Assembly: GCA_963693055.1 (NCBI GenBank)
Contig: OY843751.1
Span: 2,210,248-2,274,247, forward strand
Length of the DNA stretch: 64,000 nt
Origin: a bacterium
GTDB taxonomy: Bacteria; Zhuqueibacterota; Zhuqueibacteria; Residuimicrobiales; Krinioviventaceae
Direction: 5' to 3'
Part shown: positions 1 through 9,206 of the stretch, in pieces
Position numbering within the stretch: position 1 is the stretch's first letter
How the letters are laid out: each line of letters begins with the position of its first letter
Position numbers and translations under genes: made by a program
The notes under the pieces: model-generated
Database searches by the model: none
The model's input: the letters and a program-made list of their open reading frames with translations, nothing else
Told to the model about the DNA's origin: nothing

Positions 1-531
1 TTCATTTGAAAATGTATCCAGCCTCCAGACCGGATTGGTGGTGTTACTAGACGCATAAATACCCAACCCACCGCCACTATCTGTAGTTATCTTAAGCGCG
101 TCATTTGTTCCTTGAGAATAATCAGTCTGTACAATTTCGAATTTACCATTTGGTGCAATTGTACCAATACCTACCTTGCCCCAACATAAAGTCATTACGT
201 CAATTAAGTAACCACTTTTATTTGTTTGAAAGGACATACGATTTCCGCTACTATAGTCATTTTCATATGTTGTGTAAATTTTTCCTGAAATAGCAGCAAC
301 TGCAGCTGGATCCTGTATTATATTGTTTGTTTTAAAACTTATATCAGCAACTGCTCTTACGGTATTACTAGTTTTATATAATGTTAGCAATGCATCCGGA
401 GAACTTGTCCCTAAACCAATTTTTCCAAGGGTTGTTGTTTTAACTGTTGAATCATCCCAAACATTACTTTGAGCTGTTAGTATAGATGTAATTGATATTA
501 AAATAGCAAAAATAATTAATTTTAATTTCAT
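1..531 (-). CDS. tail-fibre-like secreted paralog, 5' part (gene runs off window start)
   Basis: rc ATG at 529-531 with GAGGG RBS; translation MKLKLIIFAILISITSILTAQSNVWDDSTVKTTT...GIGT = signal peptide + DDxW..TTT..GIGT motif shared with paralogs; absent from ORF track because it has no stop inside window. Confidence 0.55.
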   Translation of the reverse strand, partial: MKLKLIIFAILISITSILTAQSNVWDDSTVKTTTLGKIGLGTSSPDALLTLYKTSNTVRAVADISFKTNNIIQDPAAVAAISGKIYTTYENDYSSGNRMSFQTNKSGYLIDVMTLCWGKVGIGTIAPNGKFEIVQTDYSQGTNDALKITTDSGGGLGIYASSNTTNPVWRLDTFSNE

Positions 532-557
532 GTTTTTGCCCTCATTGGTTTGTTAAC

Positions 558-1808
558 TCATTGTCCATTGGATTTATCAAATACCAGTTTTTCAATTATT
601 TGATTCTGTTTTTTATTTTCTTTCTCAAGCTCAATTACATACAAAGTCAATTCTTCAATCTTTTGCAAGAGCTTGGTTTGCATTTCACTGACCTGTATGC
701 CGTTTTCCTGCATTTCTTTTACAGAGGGGATTTCCGGCAGGTGCTTGTTTGCTTTAACGAACTGTTCTACGTGGTAAAGAGAGGGGAGGGCATAATCCTT
801 TTCGAAAACAAAATCCGCTCCGGCGTCTGCTTTTATAGTAATGTCCCGCGCGCTGATCTTGCCGTTAATGGTTAATTTTGCGTCTGTATCCGGTGAACTT
901 GTGCCAATGCAGACTTTGCCGTCATTATCAATTGCAATGCCTTCATCATCACCATCCCCGGAAATGTAATTTGAATTCAATTTAATATTGTCTGAACCAT
1001 TTATATCTATTTCTTTATTGATCTTAATATTTTGAGTGAAATTTATTATGCCATCCTGTTTAATCTCATAAATTTGAATGTCATCACCTTCTAATGCTTC
1101 TGACCATAATTCAAGATCATTATTATTTCCAGAACCGGTCCCTTCATATTTCCAATAATAACCATAATCATCTGTATTAGTACCGATCTTTAAATAAATA
1201 TCTTGATTATCAGGTGTTTGAATATCAATAGCTGTCCCTATTCCACCGCTAATACTACTAATAAATTGTTTAGAGTATACATTTTTAAAAAATTTTGTCA
1301 AAGAACCAATATTATAATAAAAATTTGTATTAGGTAATAAATTTCCTTCAGAAGTTATGATAAATCTTGGAGCATTGTTTGTCCAAAATTGTAAATCCCA
1401 ATTTTCCCGTAGTCTGAAATAACCAATTTTTGTATTTGCGTCTGTTAATAGACCTATTGAAAAACCATCTTGAGCAGTGTGACCGGAAGAGTCTGCAGTG
1501 AAATGTACATATGGTAATGTAGAGTCAAATACATGTAATTTCCGCTGTGGAAAACCACCTACACCTAAAGCTCCACTGATTGTTACATTACCGCCATCGT
1601 CTACACGAACACCTTCATTGTCACCATCATTTGACAGATAAAAATCATTCAGTTCAATGTTTTCATTTATTACTTCGGTAGTAACATTTTTTTTATCTCC
1701 CGGATTTGGGGAAGTATCTGAGGGATTATCCGCAGCTGTTAAAAATGCAGTTCCAATAAAAAGAATGAACAGAGTAAATCGTATTTGTCGTAATGATACA
1801 GAATACAT
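558..1808 (-). CDS. tail-fibre-like secreted protein, paralog family member (conserved C-terminal coiled-coil module)
   Basis: ORF 416 aa; signal peptide; NDGDNEGV..DGG.V motifs; C-terminal ...ADFVFEKDYALPSL.HVEQFVKANKHLPEIPS..EMQENG..VSEMQTKLLQKIEELTLYVIEL; GGGAGG RBS before ATG. Confidence 0.8.
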   Translation of the reverse strand: MYSVSLRQIRFTLFILFIGTAFLTAADNPSDTSPNPGDKKNVTTEVINENIELNDFYLSNDGDNEGVRVDDGGNVTISGALGVGGFPQRKLHVFDSTLPYVHFTADSSGHTAQDGFSIGLLTDANTKIGYFRLRENWDLQFWTNNAPRFIITSEGNLLPNTNFYYNIGSLTKFFKNVYSKQFISSISGGIGTAIDIQTPDNQDIYLKIGTNTDDYGYYWKYEGTGSGNNNDLELWSEALEGDDIQIYEIKQDGIINFTQNIKINKEIDINGSDNIKLNSNYISGDGDDEGIAIDNDGKVCIGTSSPDTDAKLTINGKISARDITIKADAGADFVFEKDYALPSLYHVEQFVKANKHLPEIPSVKEMQENGIQVSEMQTKLLQKIEELTLYVIELEKENKKQNQIIEKLVFDKSNGQ

Positions 1809-1854
1809 GTACGCCTCCCGAAAGTTTTATGAAATTATATAAAATGATTAGAGA

Positions 1855-1884
1855 TATTATTTAATTATTTCCCCAAATAATCCC
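1855..1884 (-). promoter_or_regulatory. conserved leader inverted repeat (TTATTT-GGGG-AAATAA variant)
   Basis: shared motif upstream of transcription-unit first genes. Confidence 0.5.
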
Positions 1885-1947
1885 ACATATGAAACGTACG
1901 AAAAAAATGATTTTTAATCAAGGAATGATAACAGGGTTTATAAGAAA

Positions 1948-1976
1948 AAAAGGGGGAAATTATTATTTCCCCCTTT
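1948..1976 (-). terminator. rho-independent terminator of gene 1991..3469
   Basis: AAAGGGGGAAATTATTATTTCCCCCTTTG hairpin followed by T-rich run. Confidence 0.6.
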
Positions 1977-1990
1977 GTGTATGAGGATAA

Positions 1991-3469
1991 TTATTTAGAG
2001 TTGATGATTGTTCTTAATTCTTGATTTTCGTTTTTCAGTTCAGATATTTCTTTTTTCATATCTATCATATACAAGGTCATTTCTTCAATTTTCTGCAAGA
2101 GTTTAGTTTGCATTTCACTCACCTGCACGCCGTTTTCTTGCATTTCCTGAGCGGAGGGGATTTCCGGCAGGTGTTTGTTTTCTTTAACGAACTGTTCTAC
2201 GTGGTCAAGAGAGGGGAGGGCATAATCCTTTTCGAAAACAAAATCCGCTCCGGCGTCCGCTTTGATAGTAATGTCCTGTGCGGTGATCTTACCGGCGACA
2301 GTGAGTTTGGAATCATTTTCTGGTGAACTTGGACCGATACAGACTTTTCCGTCAAAGTTGATTGAAAGACATTTATGTTCTCTTGTAAAAAAAGACATTT
2401 CATCAATTTGATGATCATAGTAAATTCTACCTCTTGTAACACTTGTATTACTACCAAATAAAATACAGCCTTTACCAGTATTGGGACATAATAAGCTGAT
2501 TCCTGTATTATTATTTGTTTCTAAAACCAGGTCATCGCTTGCACTGTTTGCTGGCATAGCCCCGGAACTCCCCATTCGTGAATGGATAGGATATAACGGA
2601 GAGGTGTTAATTCCCAGTTTATCGCTTACCATTACGTCCCCATCATTTTCAACCTGTACGCCTTCATTACTACCATCGTTTGATATAAAGTTAGAATTTA
2701 ACTTTATATTTCCATTAAATTGTATATTTCCGGTACCTGCTGGAGTAAGTTGAATACTGTTATTGTTATATAGTGCTTTAATATCCATGTAACCTTCTGC
2801 GTTCCATCCATAGCGTGCTACATCAGTATTATTTGATTTTATTGTAATCTCTGAAGTTTGTGGTCCTGTACCGCTTTTATTAAGAGTTAACAGGCTGGTA
2901 GGAAAAATTCCTATACCTATTTTATGAGTTATTTTTACATCGCCATCATCTTCAACAATAATACCTTCATCGTCACCATCATTAGAAATGTAATTACTGT
3001 TTAAATTAATATTCGAATTATATAGTATTACTTTATTATCAACAATTTGCAATCTTCTTTCTTGATAGTTAGTATTACCAGACCAAACATTAAATCCCTG
3101 ATATGTACCTGTTCCGCCACTACAGATGAATTGTAATCCTCCTGCTGCAGCATCACTAAACTGATACCCAAGCCATACATTATCATCATAATTTTGACCT
3201 GCAAAAGTACCCCCTATACCTGTAAATAGAGCTCTGCTGTTTGGTTGAGAAATTTTACTTATTATTCCACTATTATCACCCGGGCTTTTTACTTCAAAGA
3301 AATAAGTGGGGGAAACCCCTATACCCACTTTGTCGTTTGTAGTAATTTTATCTGTACTATCATTCACCCAGTCATCGGCAGATGTATCTTGGGCCAAAAT
3401 AAAATTGAAACAACATAATACCAGAATTATCGAGAACGACAAGTTTTTCCATATGGAATTGTTTCTCAT
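1991..3469 (-). CDS. tail-fibre-like secreted protein, paralog family member
   Basis: ORF-track ORF extends to 3583 but the GGGAGG RBS + signal peptide MRNNSIWKNLSFSIILVLCCFNFILAQDTSADDWV start at rc-ATG 3467-3469; same C-terminal module. Confidence 0.75.
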   Translation of the reverse strand: MRNNSIWKNLSFSIILVLCCFNFILAQDTSADDWVNDSTDKITTNDKVGIGVSPTYFFEVKSPGDNSGIISKISQPNSRALFTGIGGTFAGQNYDDNVWLGYQFSDAAAGGLQFICSGGTGTYQGFNVWSGNTNYQERRLQIVDNKVILYNSNINLNSNYISNDGDDEGIIVEDDGDVKITHKIGIGIFPTSLLTLNKSGTGPQTSEITIKSNNTDVARYGWNAEGYMDIKALYNNNSIQLTPAGTGNIQFNGNIKLNSNFISNDGSNEGVQVENDGDVMVSDKLGINTSPLYPIHSRMGSSGAMPANSASDDLVLETNNNTGISLLCPNTGKGCILFGSNTSVTRGRIYYDHQIDEMSFFTREHKCLSINFDGKVCIGPSSPENDSKLTVAGKITAQDITIKADAGADFVFEKDYALPSLDHVEQFVKENKHLPEIPSAQEMQENGVQVSEMQTKLLQKIEEMTLYMIDMKKEISELKNENQELRTIINSK

Positions 3470-3516
3470 CAAAGCCTCCCTTGAGAAAATAAAATTGAAT
3501 GAATAAAACAGAAAAT

Positions 3517-3545
3517 GTTTATTTGATAGACAGCCCCAAATAAAC
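3517..3545 (-). promoter_or_regulatory. conserved leader inverted repeat GTTTATTTG-N11-CAAATAAAC
   Basis: read directly; 9-bp arms. Confidence 0.5.
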
Positions 3546-3606
3546 CCACGATGAAAAGTACAGAATTTGGACATGGAAATCAATGTGTAAATTGGAAAAG
3601 ATAAAA

Positions 3607-3634
3607 AAATGACAACAGATTTCTGTTGTCATTT
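3607..3634 (-). terminator. terminator hairpin after gene 3643..5115
   Basis: AATGACAACAGATTTCTGTTGTCATT. Confidence 0.5.
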
Positions 3635-3642
3635 AATGTATT

Positions 3643-5115
3643 TTATTGCTCAAGGTCAATGATGCGGGATTTTAATGAGAAGATTTCGTTTTTCATTTTA
3701 TTGTTTTCACTTATTATTGCCATATTTTCTTTTTTCATTTCAATCATGTAAAGCGTTAGTTCTTCAATTTTTTGCAAGAGTTTAGTTTGCATTTCACTCA
3801 CCTGTACTCCGTTTTCCTGCATTTCCTGAGCGGAGGGGATTTCCGGCAGGTGTTTGTTTTTTTTAACGAACTGTTCTACGTGGTCAAGAGAGGGGAGGGC
3901 ATAATCCTTTTCGAAAACAAAATCCGCACCTCCGGCATCTGCTTTGATAGTAATGTCCTGTGCGCTGATCTTGCCGGCGACGGTGAGTTTGGAATCAGAT
4001 TCCGGTGAGTTTGTACCAATACTGACTTTACCATCAGATTTAATTGTAACTCCTGAAGTAGTTGAACCTGCTGTACCGATATACATTTCATCAGTTGGAT
4101 TGTAATAGTGTATTATTCCTCTACTTATTTGATCTTTATCACCAATATGAATTCCACCTACACCCTGAATACCGGTACCGGATTCTCCGGCAATTATACC
4201 TAATATAGAGTTATTCGTTGTTTCAATATTATTTTGAAATAATGCTACATGTGATCCTACCGATGGCGTGGCACCTTCACCATTCGGCCCGATAACATGT
4301 AATCTTTTTAAAGGATTTAATGTACCAAGTCCCAAAAATCCGTTTGAACTTTTTATAAACATTGCTTCTTTATGCGATCCACCGGCTCCAATTGCCAAAC
4401 CGGTTACACCATCTCCTCCACTTCGTATTATCGGATAAATGGATTGTGTCCCATCTGCCTTGTAGCCAATAATTAAACCGGATTCTGATGTGTTTGTTCT
4501 TCCGAACCATGAAACACTGTAATCTGTAGAAGAAATACCCCCATTTGATCTCACTTCAAAATTATAATTGGGGCTTCCGTTAATTCCCAATTTATTGCTT
4601 ATTATTACATCTCCATCATCTTCGACTGAAATACCTTCATCATCGCCGTCCCCTGAAATATAATTAGAGTTTATTGTAATATTACTGCCAAAGGATACTT
4701 TTCCATCCGATTTAATTGTGACTCCTGAAGTGGTTGAACCTGCTGTACCAATGTACATCTCATCAGTTGGATTGTAATAATGTATTATACCTCTATTTAT
4801 TTGATCTTTATCACCTATTTGAATGCCACCGACACCCTGAATTCCGGTACCAGATTCACCAGCAATAATTCCTAATACTGCGTTATTTGTAGATTCTACA
4901 TTGTTTTGAAATATTGCTACCTGTGATCCCAGCGATGGTATAGAACCTTCACCATTTGGACCGATAACATGTAATCTTTTTAAGGGATTTATTGTGCCAA
5001 TACCAACATTTGTTGTTGTTGTTGTATTCGTACCATTTGTAACCCAGTCATCATCACTGGCTAAAAGGTTCATAATATAAATAAAGAACAACAGAAAGCA
5101 GAGTTTGCATTTCAT
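3643..5115 (-). CDS. tail-fibre-like secreted protein, paralog with internal ~105-aa tandem duplication
   Basis: 490 aa; SP MKCKLCFLLFFIYIMNLLASDDDWVTNGTNTTTTTNVGIGT; duplicated block LNPLKRLHVIGPNGEG...TIKSDGKVS; conserved C-terminal module. Confidence 0.8.
   Translation of the reverse strand: MKCKLCFLLFFIYIMNLLASDDDWVTNGTNTTTTTNVGIGTINPLKRLHVIGPNGEGSIPSLGSQVAIFQNNVESTNNAVLGIIAGESGTGIQGVGGIQIGDKDQINRGIIHYYNPTDEMYIGTAGSTTSGVTIKSDGKVSFGSNITINSNYISGDGDDEGISVEDDGDVIISNKLGINGSPNYNFEVRSNGGISSTDYSVSWFGRTNTSESGLIIGYKADGTQSIYPIIRSGGDGVTGLAIGAGGSHKEAMFIKSSNGFLGLGTLNPLKRLHVIGPNGEGATPSVGSHVALFQNNIETTNNSILGIIAGESGTGIQGVGGIHIGDKDQISRGIIHYYNPTDEMYIGTAGSTTSGVTIKSDGKVSIGTNSPESDSKLTVAGKISAQDITIKADAGGADFVFEKDYALPSLDHVEQFVKKNKHLPEIPSAQEMQENGVQVSEMQTKLLQKIEELTLYMIEMKKENMAIISENNKMKNEIFSLKSRIIDLEQ
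3999..4989 (-). repeat. intragenic tandem duplication (two ~315-bp copies, ~85 % nt identity) in gene 3643..5115
   Basis: copies approx 3999-4314 and 4674-4989. Confidence 0.7.
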
Positions 5116-5149
5116 TTCATTCTCCCTATGAATTCAATAAATTTGCTAA

Positions 5150-6115
5150 TTAATTATTCTCTTTAAGTATCTCGATTTCCTTTTTTAATTCAATTACATA
5201 CAAAGTCAATTCTTCAATCTTTTGCAAGAGCTTGGTTTGCATTTCACTGACCTGTATGCCGTTTTCCTGCATTTCTTTTACAGAGGGGATTTCCGGCAGG
5301 TGCTTGTTTGCTTTAACAAATTTTTCAACATGATCAAGAGAGGGGAGGTTATAATCTTTTTCGAAAACAAAATCAGCGCCACCGGCATCGGCCTTGATGG
5401 TAATGTCCTGTGCGCTGATCTTGCCAGCAACAGAGAGTTTGGATTCATTTTCTTGTGAACTTGTTCCGATATAGACTCCATCGCTTGCAATTATCATTCT
5501 GTTTTTATTTTCTGTGAAAAACCAAATTTCATCAGTAGGGTGATTATAATAAATTCTTCCAACAGTTGGGTTGCCTTCATCTGCGAAAAAAATTGAACAT
5601 TGTCCACTACTAGGACTTAATAAACTGATCCCTGTATTATTATTTGTTTCTAAGACCAAGTCATCGCTTGCACTACTTGCTGTGGCTCCGGAACTCCCTA
5701 GTCGTGAATGTATATTATATAAAGGAGAAGTATTAAAACCAATTTTATTTTTAATAATTACATCTTTATCATCTTCAATTTCAATTGCTTCATTATTATT
5801 TGTTCCAATACTGAATGAATTAGTTGAGTGATTGTACCTGATATAGCCTCTGGCATTGTCCCCGGGATCCGTACCATCGGCGAAATAGATGGAACCAATC
5901 CCGCTTGTATTAGATGCAATAGTTAATCCCCCATTACCGCTTTCATAAATAACCAAATTGTCTGCGTCCGAATGATATATAGTTGTAGTATTGATACCAA
6001 TTCCAACACTTCCGGTTGTTGTTGTTGAAACAGATGAGCCTTCCCAGGTGTTTTGAGCCCATACAAAGCTGCCGAATAAAATTAAACACAAGAATGTGAT
6101 AGTTAATTGTCTCAT
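5150..6115 (-). CDS. tail-fibre-like secreted protein, paralog family member
   Basis: 321 aa; SP; TTTTGSVGIGINT; conserved C-terminal module; AAAGGAA RBS. Confidence 0.8.
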   Translation of the reverse strand: MRQLTITFLCLILFGSFVWAQNTWEGSSVSTTTTGSVGIGINTTTIYHSDADNLVIYESGNGGLTIASNTSGIGSIYFADGTDPGDNARGYIRYNHSTNSFSIGTNNNEAIEIEDDKDVIIKNKIGFNTSPLYNIHSRLGSSGATASSASDDLVLETNNNTGISLLSPSSGQCSIFFADEGNPTVGRIYYNHPTDEIWFFTENKNRMIIASDGVYIGTSSQENESKLSVAGKISAQDITIKADAGGADFVFEKDYNLPSLDHVEKFVKANKHLPEIPSVKEMQENGIQVSEMQTKLLQKIEELTLYVIELKKEIEILKENN

Positions 6116-6163
6116 GCTGTATTTCCTTTCTGAATTGTCGATGAGTTGTGATTTACGTAAAGT

Positions 6164-7678
6164 TTAATGACGTTCCAATTTCGAGAGTCTTGATTCAAGT
6201 GCTTTAATTTTTTTATTTTGTTCAATAATGTACAATGTCAATTCTTCAATTTTTTGTAAATGAAGAATTTGCATTTCACTGACCTGTATGCCGTTTTCCT
6301 GCATTTCTTTTACAGAGGGGATTTCCGGCAGGTGCTTGTTTGCTTTAACAAATTTTTCAACATGATCAAGAGAGGGGAGGTTATAATCTTTTTCGAAAAC
6401 AAAATCAGCGCCACCGGCATCGGCCTTGATGGTAATGTCCTGTGCGCTGATCTTACCGGCGACAGTGAGTTTGGAATCATTTTCTGGTGAACTTGGACCG
6501 ATACAGACTTTTCCGTCAAAGTTGATTGAAAGACATTTATGTTCTCTTGTAAAAAAAGACATTTCATCAATTTGATGATCATAGTAAATTCTACCTCTTG
6601 TAACACTTGTATTACTACCAAATAAAATACAGCCTTTACCAGTATTGGGACATAATAAGCTGATTCCTGTATTATTATTTGTTTCTAAGACCAGGTCATC
6701 GCTTGCACTGTTTGCTGGCATAGCCCCGGAACTCCCCATTCGTGAATGGATAGGATATAACGGAGAGGTGTTAATTCCCAGTTTATCGCTTACCATTACA
6801 TTTCCATCATAATCAATTTGAATACCTTCATTGCCACCATCACCAGATATAAAATTTGAATTCGTTCTGATGTTACCATTACATTGAATATATCCCGTAC
6901 CGGATGGGGTGAGAAGAATATTGTTATTACTATAAAGAGCTCTTATATCCAGATAACCACTAGCATTCCATCCATAGCGTGCCACATCTGTATTGTTTGA
7001 TTTAATAGTAATCTCTGAAGTTTGTGCTCCTGTACCGCTTTTGTTAAGGGTTAACAGGCTGGTAGGAAAAATTCCTATACCAATTTTATTTGTTATTTTA
7101 ACATCACCATCATCTTCGATTTGAATTCCTTCATTATCACCGTCATTGGAAATATATTTGCTATTTAATTGAATGTTACCCAGGTTTAAACCAAGGTTAC
7201 CTGTTTCATCAATTTCAATTGTTTTTCTCCATACACCATTTATTCTTTGGAAAATTCCAAATTTAGTATCTTCAGAACCTGCAGTCAGGTCAATATATTG
7301 CATACCAATACCACCCATATGCGCAGTACTGCCGGATAAATTTCTTGCCCCAAATAAATAACCCGCATACGTATTATTTAGTTGACTGTCATTAAATGTC
7401 TCGAATCCCCATGAACTCCCATTAGCACCAAAATTTGTATCAGAATATGTAAATACTGCTCGTATTTCAGCCTCACCACTTGCACCTGTCCAGGTTCCGT
7501 TGTTCATTTCCAAGCCTCCATTAGAAATTTCAACATTCCCCGTTGTTGTTGTATTGCCACTTCCATCAGTTGTCCAGCTGTCGTCGGTAGTATCATCAGC
7601 CGCCGAAAGTTTTATCGGATTCATTGCGAAAACAATTATTACAATAACTAACAGAATGAAACAGGATTGCCTTTTCAT
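6164..7678 (-). CDS. tail-fibre-like secreted protein, mosaic paralog
   Basis: 504 aa; SP; DDSWTTDGSGNTTTTGNV; 3' third is a near-exact nucleotide mosaic of genes 5150..6115 and 1991..3469. Confidence 0.8.
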   Translation of the reverse strand: MKRQSCFILLVIVIIVFAMNPIKLSAADDTTDDSWTTDGSGNTTTTGNVEISNGGLEMNNGTWTGASGEAEIRAVFTYSDTNFGANGSSWGFETFNDSQLNNTYAGYLFGARNLSGSTAHMGGIGMQYIDLTAGSEDTKFGIFQRINGVWRKTIEIDETGNLGLNLGNIQLNSKYISNDGDNEGIQIEDDGDVKITNKIGIGIFPTSLLTLNKSGTGAQTSEITIKSNNTDVARYGWNASGYLDIRALYSNNNILLTPSGTGYIQCNGNIRTNSNFISGDGGNEGIQIDYDGNVMVSDKLGINTSPLYPIHSRMGSSGAMPANSASDDLVLETNNNTGISLLCPNTGKGCILFGSNTSVTRGRIYYDHQIDEMSFFTREHKCLSINFDGKVCIGPSSPENDSKLTVAGKISAQDITIKADAGGADFVFEKDYNLPSLDHVEKFVKANKHLPEIPSVKEMQENGIQVSEMQILHLQKIEELTLYIIEQNKKIKALESRLSKLERH

Positions 7679-7725
7679 GGAAAATCTCCCTCAAATTTAT
7701 GAATGTTTAAATGATTGAAAAGGTA

Positions 7726-7753
7726 TTATTTGATAACTTCCCCAAATAATCCC
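7726..7753 (-). promoter_or_regulatory. conserved leader inverted repeat
   Basis: TTATTTG-N10-CAAATAA; whole intergenic region about 95 % identical to 1855-1976. Confidence 0.5.
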
Positions 7754-7817
7754 ACATATAAAACGTACGAAAAAAAGGTTTTTTAATCAAGAAATGATAA
7801 TAGGAATTATAAGAAGA

Positions 7818-7845
7818 AAGGGGTAAATCATTATTTACCCCTTTT
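7818..7845 (-). terminator. rho-independent terminator of gene 7858..9206
   Basis: AAAGGGGTAAATcattATTTACCCCTTTT. Confidence 0.6.
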
Positions 7846-7857
7846 ACAGGAAGAAAA

Positions 7858-9206
7858 CTATTTAGAAGTGATAATTGCTTTTAATTCCTGATTTTCGTTT
7901 TTTAAGTCTGAAATGGTATTATTCTGTAATTCAATTTTTTTATTCATATCAATTACATACAATGTCAGTTCTTCGATTTTTTGCAAAAGTTTGGTTTGCA
8001 TTTCACTCACCTGCACACCGTTTTCCTGCATTTTCTGTGAGGAAGGTATTTCCGGCAGGTGTTTGTTTTGTTGTATAAATTGTTCAACATGCTGAAGAGA
8101 GGGAAGGGCATAATCCTTTTCGAAAATAAAATCCGCTCCGGCGTTTGCTTTGATAGTTATGTCTTGGGCACTGATTTTACCGGCAACGGTGAGTCTGGCA
8201 TTTACGTCAGAAGATGTGGTACCTATACATAAATTCCCGCCATTAAAATACGAATTTCCATTGGGATGAAGTTGTACTGTAATATTACCTTCATTGGTTG
8301 TACAGTTATACAGTCTCAACACATTGTTGGACAAAACCATTTGCGGTACCCAGCTAATTCCTCCTGAAGCATGACCCCATTTAAAGATTTCACCATCTCT
8401 AAAACCCCTGAACCGGAACTCTCCGGTACCCGCGTCTATATAATCAAGGAATAATCCAGGGTACAGATTATCATTTGTTGCACCAATGGCAGTATTTCCT
8501 CGTACATCCAGTTTAGAATCAGTATGATATACTGAAGTTGAACCGATTATTACGTTACCATCCGAGTCGATCCTCATTTTTTCCTGTCCCAATGTGTTGA
8601 ATGACATTGAATTGTCTGTATTATCATATCTGATTTGACCTTCCGAATCTTTTTCTTCATCACCAAACAGGATGCCAGCAACATCGTTAAGCTCAGTGCC
8701 GGTACTTACAAGACTGAGCCATGTATTTGCGCCATTTTGTATAACAAGTTTTCTGCCCGGATTGTTTGTTCCGATACCAACATTTCCACCGGTAAAATAA
8801 GTATTGCCGCTGGGATGAAGCTGTACGGTGATATTGCCTTCATTGGTTGTACTGTTATACAGTCTCAGCACATTGTTGGATAAAACCATTTGCGGTACCC
8901 AGCTAATTCCTCCTGAAGCATGACCCCATTTAAAGATTTCACCATCTCTTATGCCCCTGAACCGGAACTCTCCGGTACCCGCGTCTATATAATCAAGGAA
9001 TAATCCAGGGTACAGATTATCATTTGTTGTACCAATGGCACTATTTCCCCGCACATCCAGGATATACCCCGTGTAATTGGTAGATGTGCCTATACCCACA
9101 CTGCCGTTAGTACTGGTTTCTACAGATGAATTGTTCCAATAGTCCACTGCCAAAATAGTGTTCAAAAACCTGCAACCATTAAAATAATGAAGACCAATTT
9201 TTTCAT
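7858..9206 (-). CDS. tail-fibre-like paralog, frameshifted (signal peptide in -1 frame relative to body)
   Basis: body ORF (7858..9255) lacks a signal peptide; rc-ATG at 9204-9206 (overlapping upstream stop as ATGA) encodes MKKLVFIILMVAGF then hits TGA; a 1-nt slip at the T5 run (A5 at 9164-9168 on + strand) joins it to ...LNTILAVDYWNNSS..GSVGIGT. Confidence 0.6.
8217..9063 (-). repeat. intragenic duplication (two ~300-bp copies, ~95 % identity) in gene 7858..9206
   Basis: copies approx 8217-8517 and 8763-9063 (protein ...DVRGN.AIG.TNDNLYPGLFLDYIDAGTGEFRFRG... twice). Confidence 0.7.

Noticed and set aside
105-293. + strand 62-aa ORF
   Set aside because: Lies antisense within the partial minus-strand fibre gene 1..531.
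2197-6621. Minus-strand small ORFs nested inside fibre genes (2197..2457, 3876..4091, 5278..5490, 6310..6621, 9352..9534, 13002..13343, 14577..14852)
   Set aside because: Alternative-frame ORFs inside the same conserved module. Their similar sequences reflect the DNA repeat, not coding.
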